A stretch of 64,000 nucleotides of DNA from a virus. Shown here piece after piece: positions 50,878-57,565 of this stretch (positions are counted from its first letter, which is position 1; the number at the start of each line of letters is the position of its first letter). The stretch lies in the IMG/VR virus record IMGVR_UViG_3300009152_000030, positions 96,001 to 160,000 of that record, one strand, 5' to 3'. A model generated the notes under the pieces. The model did not search any database and was not told where the DNA came from. It worked only from the letters and a program-made list of their open reading frames with translations. Position numbers and translations under genes: made by a program.

Positions 50878-51426
50878 ATGTCTAATCAAAATCTTGTAGA
50901 TATTGCGCTAAAGGAAGTTGGCGTTCGTGAAGTTCCTATTAATAGTAATAGAGGTCCTCGGGTAGAGGAATTCCAAAAGTATGTTGGTGCTTGGCTAGTA
51001 GGTAGTGCCTGGTGTGCTGCATTTGTAGCCTGGTGCTTTGGGCAAGCTTATCCTGGTGCTAACCCTGCTGGTAAACAGAGTGCCGCTGTAATGGGCTTCT
51101 GGTCTCGTAATAAAGACCGTAAAGATTTTGTTCGTTTCTTACCTGCAGATGTAAAGTCTGGCAAGTATAAAGTAGAAGCAGGAGATATCTTTGTCTTATG
51201 CCATGATGCAACTAAAATACCTCAAGTTCAGTCTGGAGCTATTAAAGGCCATATTGGACATTGTGGTATTTGTGATGGCAAAATGTTATCTGATACTAAG
51301 TTTGGAACAATTGAAGGTAACACTAATGATGCAGGAAGCCGTGAAGGTGGTGGTGTCTATCATCGTTCGCGTAACCTTGACGAAGCTAAGCTTGTGGGAT
51401 TTGTGCGTTATCTAGGCAAGAAGTAA
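50878..51426 (+). CDS. Endolysin, CHAP-domain cysteine amidase/peptidase
   Basis: AWCAAFVAWC (catalytic Cys), GHCGI (His) and TIEGNT motifs. Confidence 0.85.
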   Translation: MSNQNLVDIALKEVGVREVPINSNRGPRVEEFQKYVGAWLVGSAWCAAFVAWCFGQAYPGANPAGKQSAAVMGFWSRNKDRKDFVRFLPADVKSGKYKVEAGDIFVLCHDATKIPQVQSGAIKGHIGHCGICDGKMLSDTKFGTIEGNTNDAGSREGGGVYHRSRNLDEAKLVGFVRYLGKK

Positions 51427-51725
51427 TGTTTAATCTTTCCGCTATACTTTTTAAAAGATTTAGTGGAGCTTTTCTTGGGGACAAGAGTAGCTATATTAGT
51501 CGTAAGCTTGGCCTGGTATACTGGGCCTTGCATACGTTAACATTCTTATATCTTATGAGTCCAGTGGGTCAAGCTACTGGTTTGTATATGATTCCTCAGT
51601 TAATGAGTGATGATGTATTCACTGCAGCTTTTGTAGGACTTGTAGGATTATATATGGGTGCTAATGTTATAGATAGAACAAGAGGCACGGATACAAAGAT
51701 AAAAGAAGATAAGGTGGAGGAGTAA
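51426..51725 (+). CDS. Putative holin
   Basis: 99 aa; SRK followed by two hydrophobic segments and a charged C-terminus; coupled to the endolysin. Confidence 0.6.
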   Translation: MFNLSAILFKRFSGAFLGDKSSYISRKLGLVYWALHTLTFLYLMSPVGQATGLYMIPQLMSDDVFTAAFVGLVGLYMGANVIDRTRGTDTKIKEDKVEE

Positions 51726-51925
51726 TGGCTATTGATAATAACTATATTCTAGAAAGAATTGGTGCTATTGAAAAACGTATCAATGATCTTCAAAAGATTA
51801 TTGAAGGGATTCCTAAGTTGCGCCAAGTAGGAGCGCTTAAAGCAGTCTTAGAGCAAGAACAAAAAGATATGAACAGTAAGCTATTTGATCTAACTGCTAG
51901 AGTTGAGAAACTTGAAAATAAGTAG
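51725..51925 (+). CDS. Small coiled-coil protein
   Basis: GGAGGAG RBS, TAATG overlap, heptad pattern; last gene before the terminator. Confidence 0.55.
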   Translation: MAIDNNYILERIGAIEKRINDLQKIIEGIPKLRQVGALKAVLEQEQKDMNSKLFDLTARVEKLENK

Positions 51926-51940
51926 ACTAGATTAGATAGA

Positions 51941-51982
51941 AATAAAAAACCCCAGCCAAATCAATGACTGGGGTTTTCTTTT
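51941..51982. terminator. Bidirectional rho-independent terminator
   Basis: AAAACCCCAG (51946-55) / CTGGGGTTTT (51968-77) stem, flanked by an A-tract and a T-tract, exactly between the convergent gene blocks. Confidence 0.9.
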
Positions 51983-51997
51983 GCCTTAATCTATTGT

Positions 51998-52426
51998 CTA
52001 GCAGACATAGATTGAAATAGATGTAAATTCCGGAACAAAGTTACTTCTAGAGCCATCATAATTGATAGCCATATAGCGAGTACTAACATGGAATGGCAGC
52101 AATAGTGGAAGATTGACTGGATCTGAAAAGGATACAATTTGTGTAGGCGTACCATTAATAACAGCGTCTTCTAGTTCTTGGCGAGTTTCTGCAAACCAAA
52201 GGTTATACACAGCAGTTCTATGTTCACCATCAGCATAAGCTGTCATCATATTAAATTTAATAGATCTGCTAGTCTGTTGTTGACCAGAAAGCTCAAGAAA
52301 ATCAATATAAACGGTCTCCGAGGGATCAAATCCGCCACCGTCCATAAAGCTAAGTTCTGTTAATCCAGCTGAAGGCACCCAATGGAATGCCTGTATCTTT
52401 TTATCTGTAGCATTAAGCCAAGGCAT
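51998..52426 (-). CDS. Hypothetical protein, discoidin/F5-8-like fold possible
   Basis: VYIDF..SIKF..YNLWFAET..STRYMAINY..EFTSISIY pattern resembles discoidin-type beta-sandwiches. Confidence 0.4.
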   Translation of the reverse strand: MPWLNATDKKIQAFHWVPSAGLTELSFMDGGGFDPSETVYIDFLELSGQQQTSRSIKFNMMTAYADGEHRTAVYNLWFAETRQELEDAVINGTPTQIVSFSDPVNLPLLLPFHVSTRYMAINYDGSRSNFVPEFTSISIYVC

Positions 52427-52890
52427 TATTCGGACTCCTCAGTTTCTAGATCATCAGAATCAGAAGACTCATCGCTTTCTACAGCAACTTTCTTACGGCC
52501 ACGCTTCTTAGAAGCGGACTTCTGTGTTGGGATAGATGTTGAATCTTCTTCCTTCTCTGACTCAATAGCAGCTTCAGTAACAGCTGGAACAAAAAGGTCT
52601 TCACGCTCTTCTACGTTTGCCTCGCCATCGTCGATAAGAACCTTCTTGGCAAAGTCAACAGTAGCCTTAAGATTCTTAAGACCAGCCAAGTCAATTAGAT
52701 ACTGAGTATCAGGAGGAGCTTCGCCAATTAGCTTTACAATGCTGGTAACTACTAAACCATTGCGAATGTATGTTGGATTAACATAAAAACGAAAAGATGT
52801 AGCGCCAAGAGATTCTGCAATCTTAATGCACTCCTTTACTACTCTTAAAGACTGCGTACGTAGATCTACTAATTTAATATCTGATTCCAT
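52426..52890 (-). CDS. Hypothetical protein with KKRGRKK motif and acidic tail
   Basis: AAGGTG RBS; coupled to the downstream gene. Confidence 0.5.
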   Translation of the reverse strand: MESDIKLVDLRTQSLRVVKECIKIAESLGATSFRFYVNPTYIRNGLVVTSIVKLIGEAPPDTQYLIDLAGLKNLKATVDFAKKVLIDDGEANVEEREDLFVPAVTEAAIESEKEEDSTSIPTQKSASKKRGRKKVAVESDESSDSDDLETEESE

Positions 52891-52898
52891 ATTTCACC

Positions 52899-52973
52899 TT
52901 AACAATAACGAAAAATAATAAAAATGAGTATGGCTACAACACCATGCAAGAAGGCGTTCTTATCGCCATTCAT
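52899..52973 (-). CDS. Small 24-aa hydrophobic peptide (not in ORF track): MNGDKNAFLHGVVAILIFIIFRYC
   Basis: Its ATG overlaps the upstream TAA (TAATG). It fills the gap, and its stop adjoins the AAGGTG RBS of the next gene. One TM-like stretch. Confidence 0.55.
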   Translation of the reverse strand: MNGDKNAFLHGVVAILIFIIFRYC

Positions 52974-53512
52974 TAGATATTGTTCTTTCTACGAAGAAAG
53001 AGTAGTGTGCCAACTACCGCAAAGATACCGAAAATGCTAGCAATAGCAGGAGCAGCGGAACAGCCTGAACCCTCTTTGCTTTTGGCGGCAGCATCGGCCG
53101 CTCCTGAGCCGCTGCCATCAGTCTCGGGAAGAGTTGTATCGGTACCAGTATCAACACCTGAACCACTACCATCTACGGGAGTGACTTCACCTGAACCTGA
53201 ACCACCAGCATCAGCTTCTCCAGATCCACAATCAGGATCAACGGCAGCTGAGCCCTCAGAACCTGAACCGGAACCTGAAGTAGCGGTATCGCAAGGAGCA
53301 GGAATTGCCTCTGGGACACAAGCAAGTAGCTCGGTGGCACAAGAGTCACAGGCTGAGCCTTCGGCACAAGGAGGACACTCTGCACTAGCAACAGCAGCAC
53401 AGACTTCGCCGGTAGCGCAATCTGTAGTGGTAACGCACTCAGTAGCATATGCAGCTGAAGCTACAAGTAGGGTAGCAAGAAATGAAACTAGGGTAAACTT
53501 AATCTTATTCAT
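52973..53512 (-). CDS. Secreted Cys-rich surface protein with MYXO-CTERM-like C-terminal sorting signal
   Basis: GGAG RBS favours the start at 53512 (MNKIKF...). Signal peptide ending AYA; 10 Cys in the ectodomain; Gly/Ser/Asp linker; GSGCSAAP + TM + RRK C-terminus. Confidence 0.7.
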   Translation of the reverse strand: MNKIKFTLVSFLATLLVASAAYATECVTTTDCATGEVCAAVASAECPPCAEGSACDSCATELLACVPEAIPAPCDTATSGSGSGSEGSAAVDPDCGSGEADAGGSGSGEVTPVDGSGSGVDTGTDTTLPETDGSGSGAADAAAKSKEGSGCSAAPAIASIFGIFAVVGTLLFLRRKNNI

Positions 53513-53535
53513 TTTAATCTCCATTTTATAATTGA

Positions 53536-54255
53536 CTAGTTAGTAGGAAGAACAACTGCGTAATAGGCAGGGTTCCATGCAACATTTTTATAAATATCTT
53601 TCTTTAAAGCATTATAAACTTTTTCAGGATTACCGAATGTAGCAAGTTCTTCTTTTCTTGCAATCCATTCTTTATCAAGTCGTGCTTTAAGTTCAGGCTC
53701 CTTAGCAAGATGATCAGTGAGAAGAGTCTCTCTTGTCTTATCCTTGCTAACAAAAATATCTAAAGTCCAAAACCAACGAGTGTTGCCGTCTACGACCTTC
53801 GAGTCTTGACGATAACTAAACCCAATTGCTTTAGAATTAGTATAAACTAATTTACTAATTAGTTCGGCAGCATCAAGTTTGCTAATCTTTGTAGGATTTG
53901 CGACTTCATGCTTAACAGGAATATAGTCATAACTGGGACCACACACTAGACGCAGTTCAGTAAGATTACCATAAGAACTAATAGCAGTATGAATGCTGGT
54001 AGTAAGTAACTCTTGTTTTAGAAATACTTCACCACTTGGAACAAGTAGCGCAGGATTAGTAAAGACATGAATGTTAGAGCTGACAGGAGCAAACTCCTTC
54101 ATCTTATTTACAATGTCTGTCTGTGAAGTGGCGTTAACAATAATATTCTTAATTTCAGGTTGATCCTGTAATTCCCTTCGTAGATCCTCAGTTAGTAATT
54201 CTTCTCCACTGGGTCTTCCACTCACAACAGGTAATACGCCTTTTGCTCTTGCCAT
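53536..54255 (-). CDS. Hypothetical protein
   Basis: AGGAG RBS; 239-aa ORF in the operon. Confidence 0.5.
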   Translation of the reverse strand: MARAKGVLPVVSGRPSGEELLTEDLRRELQDQPEIKNIIVNATSQTDIVNKMKEFAPVSSNIHVFTNPALLVPSGEVFLKQELLTTSIHTAISSYGNLTELRLVCGPSYDYIPVKHEVANPTKISKLDAAELISKLVYTNSKAIGFSYRQDSKVVDGNTRWFWTLDIFVSKDKTRETLLTDHLAKEPELKARLDKEWIARKEELATFGNPEKVYNALKKDIYKNVAWNPAYYAVVLPTN

Positions 54256-54264
54256 TCTATCTCC

Positions 54265-54489
54265 TTAATCAGTTAATATATTTATCATTTCTTGTTTTAG
54301 TTCTTTGTACTCATTTACTGTAATAGACATAATGTCTTGTATTTCAATTTGAGTCATTCCTAAAAAGTAAGATCTCACAAATGAACGAAGAGTAGGCGGC
54401 ATTTTATCATATTTTTTTATTATATCTAACTTATTTATTAGATTTCTTTCTAGGTTTACGAGTATTTTTACTTTTGGTAGGTTTTGCAT
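54265..54489 (-). CDS. Small helix-turn-helix protein (sigma-70 region 4-like)
   Basis: KMPPTLRSFVRSYFLGMTQIEIQDIMSITVNEYK matches the 'Lp..R.v..l.y..g.t..EIa..l.is' pattern. Confidence 0.5.
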   Translation of the reverse strand: MQNLPKVKILVNLERNLINKLDIIKKYDKMPPTLRSFVRSYFLGMTQIEIQDIMSITVNEYKELKQEMINILTD

Positions 54490-54973
54490 CTGTAGACTTT
54501 TTCTTTGGCTTGGTTTTCTTCTGATCCTCAGTCGCCAATAAAGTATTGGGAATAGGATACTCTACTCCGTCTAGGATAGGTAACACTTCAATTACTACCC
54601 TAGGGTTGAGTGGGTCGTAATGTTTAAATAAAGTCATAGAAACAATCTGACAATCATCTCCATAGACTTGACCAGTCAAAGCGTCGCAGGTTGTTTTTGG
54701 AAGATTAGGTAAGTCTTTGCGTCGCTTAGTGCCTAGAAAGTAATGTATATTCATCTGAACTGGTCCAACTTTGAAAAGTGGCCGTTCAACACCTGGGAAC
54801 TCATTTAGATATTGATCTATCTGATGAGTAATAAGTTTCTCATAGTCTAGAAACTTTTCAGGTACGTAAACTTCGCTTTTCTTAGTCTTCCAATTAAACC
54901 TACTCATAGTAGCATTGCTTTTGCTAATAGGTTCGCCATCAATAACAATTCTAAATAGGCTAACTTGACTCAA
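54431..54973 (-). CDS. rusA: RusA-like Holliday junction resolvase
   Basis: IDGEPISKSN..RRKDLPNLPKTTCDALTGQVYGDDCQIV..NPRVVIEV. Confidence 0.8.
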   Translation of the reverse strand: MSQVSLFRIVIDGEPISKSNATMSRFNWKTKKSEVYVPEKFLDYEKLITHQIDQYLNEFPGVERPLFKVGPVQMNIHYFLGTKRRKDLPNLPKTTCDALTGQVYGDDCQIVSMTLFKHYDPLNPRVVIEVLPILDGVEYPIPNTLLATEDQKKTKPKKKSTDAKPTKSKNTRKPRKKSNK

Positions 54974-54981
54974 GCAATTCC

Positions 54982-55542
54982 TTATTTCTTTTTGAAGAAT
55001 CCTGTATTCGATTTAAACCCAGTCTTCCCATTGTCTTTCTGTTCTTGGTATATACGCTTTGTATATTCTTTGCTCATAGAGGATACAAGCTTTCTATGGT
55101 CAAGGATATCTTGATTAGGTTCCACGGCAACTTTTGTAAAGCCATGATTGCCAAGTTCAAGTATAGCTTCTTTGTGTTTGTTGTCAAACACTTCTTGCGT
55201 AAAGTTATCTTTATAACTAAAAGCAATGTAGATAAGCCCCGATCTTTTAGCAGACAGGGCTTTCTCTACATCACGTAAAGAGCCTTTTGCAAAGTTAAAA
55301 GATGCCTTCTCTTCTGAGATACCACCAAATCTAACAGCTTTATAGTGTTGCTCACCATGCACCTCAACAACAAGGCTAAGGGCAGGTATATAAAAATCAA
55401 ATCTATCTAAAGGATTAGGATGATCTGGGCAAATCTCCTTAACATTCTGCTCTTGGTAAATACCAAGGCCAGTTAAATTTAACTGTTCAAGGAGAGCACC
55501 CATTGCTTTGTGATATTGACTAGCACTATCTTGATAAATCAT
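54982..55542 (-). CDS. DUF559/Vsr-like PD-(D/E)xK endonuclease
   Basis: RFDFYIPALSLVVEVHGEQHY..RDVEK motif. Confidence 0.7.
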   Translation of the reverse strand: MIYQDSASQYHKAMGALLEQLNLTGLGIYQEQNVKEICPDHPNPLDRFDFYIPALSLVVEVHGEQHYKAVRFGGISEEKASFNFAKGSLRDVEKALSAKRSGLIYIAFSYKDNFTQEVFDNKHKEAILELGNHGFTKVAVEPNQDILDHRKLVSSMSKEYTKRIYQEQKDNGKTGFKSNTGFFKKK

Positions 55543-55844
55543 TCTTTACCAAATTTAATGCCACTTATATCACTAAGCCAATCATCAACAAACTTGGCTA
55601 TTTCTTTATACTCTTCGTCATCTTGAATTACTTCAAACTGTCCGGTAGTCGTCTCGTTCAAGTACCATTTCTGATCTGGTCCTGTTTCGATCGTAACCAT
55701 ACAAAATGTTCGAAATCCTTTTGTGACAGTACAAATATGTTTAACAATAGTTTTGCCAGTTGGATTTGGCATCGCATTTGTTAACTCATATTGATTACCG
55801 TCTGTTACTTGAAGTGATCCAAAGTATTTATTGAAAGTTGCCAT
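55539..55844 (-). CDS. Hypothetical protein
   Basis: AAGGA RBS; ATGA-type overlap with the next gene. Confidence 0.5.
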   Translation of the reverse strand: MATFNKYFGSLQVTDGNQYELTNAMPNPTGKTIVKHICTVTKGFRTFCMVTIETGPDQKWYLNETTTGQFEVIQDDEEYKEIAKFVDDWLSDISGIKFGKE

Positions 55845-55852
55845 ATATATCC

Positions 55853-56413
55853 TTAGCCTGAGCTACCAAATCCATTCTCTCCCCTTTGAGTATTAAGATA
55901 CTCTTTTGGGACCTGACTAATGTCATCTACAAGTTTAAATGAAAATTTAGTAGGTTCCATTGGAATAGCTTGAAGATAAGCTCTGTTAGAGTCAACTCTA
56001 AAGTCTCTGTCTACATAAACCAAAGATTGCCATTCGTTTCTATAATCCCAATCAATGTAGCCCATTGTGTTAGATAAATGAATTGCATCTGCATCAAAGA
56101 CTTTAATATTTGCATTTTTACAGGCCTCAAGATAAGGAGGATCATCTATCGTCGGAGCAAGCTTACGTAAATTGCCAGAACTACTTCTAGGAAGTAGAAG
56201 CATATCTGCCCCATGCGGAGCGTAAGTCTTGAAACCAAGTGGAATCATATAAGTTAATTGATCTTCGCTGTTCTGTCTACCAAGCAGAAGAAAATTATCT
56301 GGAATATTAAAAAATAAATCAAGTGTCTTAGCTTCGTAATTAGAAGACATCTTAGCTGTCATCAAATTAGCAGTGTCTCTATTTGTTGCTAAAACATAAA
56401 TATAATCTGACAT
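55853..56413 (-). CDS. dut: Trimeric dUTPase
   Basis: PRSSSG, GYIDWDYRNE, LQAI and RGENGFGSSG motifs. Confidence 0.88.
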   Translation of the reverse strand: MSDYIYVLATNRDTANLMTAKMSSNYEAKTLDLFFNIPDNFLLLGRQNSEDQLTYMIPLGFKTYAPHGADMLLLPRSSSGNLRKLAPTIDDPPYLEACKNANIKVFDADAIHLSNTMGYIDWDYRNEWQSLVYVDRDFRVDSNRAYLQAIPMEPTKFSFKLVDDISQVPKEYLNTQRGENGFGSSG

Positions 56414-56435
56414 CTTTACCTCAATAAATTAAATA

Positions 56436-56810
56436 TTACTTATAATTGTTTCCAAGAATTGTCTTGCAGGTTCTTGGGATCTTAACTATTGCTCTTGCAT
56501 ATAGAGTCTCCATAACTGAAGGATCTTCGGCAGCTTGACTTTGGAAATCCATAAATGAAATTCCATTCTCTTCGCAGTATAGAGTCCTCTCTTTGAAAAT
56601 TGCGTTTTGCAATTGTCTTAGTTCGTACTCCGCTCTCTTGCGATAGAGACGGTCAATGTTGTATTTGCCACCTGGATTAGGTCTATATGCATTATGCATT
56701 CTTAGCATATTAGCTTCATCGCCATATATGCGTCTTGTCCTTGGAGCATCTAGGCTATCTGTTGCTGGTTGAATAGCAGTAATAGGATTATCAAAGTCAA
56801 TAGGTTCCAT
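56436..56810 (-). CDS. Hypothetical protein
   Basis: AGGAG RBS; TAATG-coupled. Confidence 0.5.
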   Translation of the reverse strand: MEPIDFDNPITAIQPATDSLDAPRTRRIYGDEANMLRMHNAYRPNPGGKYNIDRLYRKRAEYELRQLQNAIFKERTLYCEENGISFMDFQSQAAEDPSVMETLYARAIVKIPRTCKTILGNNYK

Positions 56811-57565
56811 TAGCTCTCCTTGCTATCTGAATACATGCTATTGCATTTTGTATACAATGGACATGTTTGTAATTTACAATTAAAAATTGGCAAGTAAACA
56901 TTTTTCTTGTAAGCAAAAAGTGTACTCGCGTATACGCTATTTAATTTCCTCAGATCAATATCTTTATCTGTGAAATTCTCTATATTATAATTAGATCCAC
57001 TCAAATATACAATATATATTTTCTTATTCCAATGCTTTAGCAATGGTAAGTGGAAGTAAGGTGTCTTAATGAATTCCTTTTTAGGGAAAAAACTAAATAA
57101 ATAAATAGCTTTTTCAGTAATTAAAGGAATAGCAAAATTAACTGTTACTCCTAAACTTTCATAAAACTCAATATGATTAACATCAGTAATTGAAAGTTCT
57201 TGTAAGTAAGATCTCCATTTAAATATAGAGAAAAGAATATCATTATTTTTATTATGAAAAATAAAACTATTCCCTGCTTTCTTCAAAAGATTTTGAGCTA
57301 TCGAAAATCTTAGGACTATGTCGGTGTCACTTGGGAAATCTCCTTTCTTTCCATAATAATTTAAAACATATACCATTAAATGGTGTAGTAACAAACTATA
57401 TGGATCTTTAGAGAAATCCCAAGCAACAACACGATCGAGTATCTCATTCCTAAAATACTCTCCGCACCTCATAAAGCTAACTAATTGATTCACGTTAAGA
57501 GCACGAAGTTTTTTACTTGTATCAACTAGATCATCAATGGGTGCAGAGATTCTAGGCATCGTCAT
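56810..57565 (-). CDS. Degenerate Cas4/AddB-like PD-(D/E)xK protein (probably inactive)
   Basis: N-terminal LNVNQLVSFMRC and C-terminal C-x4-CP-x4-C frame of the PDDEXK_1/Cas4 family; no recognisable D..ExK core. Confidence 0.45.
   Translation of the reverse strand: MTMPRISAPIDDLVDTSKKLRALNVNQLVSFMRCGEYFRNEILDRVVAWDFSKDPYSLLLHHLMVYVLNYYGKKGDFPSDTDIVLRFSIAQNLLKKAGNSFIFHNKNNDILFSIFKWRSYLQELSITDVNHIEFYESLGVTVNFAIPLITEKAIYLFSFFPKKEFIKTPYFHLPLLKHWNKKIYIVYLSGSNYNIENFTDKDIDLRKLNSVYASTLFAYKKNVYLPIFNCKLQTCPLYTKCNSMYSDSKES

Noticed and set aside
52980-53531. 183-aa + strand ORF mirroring the MYXO-CTERM-like gene
   Set aside because: Antisense shadow of a low-complexity, GC-richer gene; no RBS or operon context. 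The - strand product has a coherent signal peptide-to-anchor architecture.
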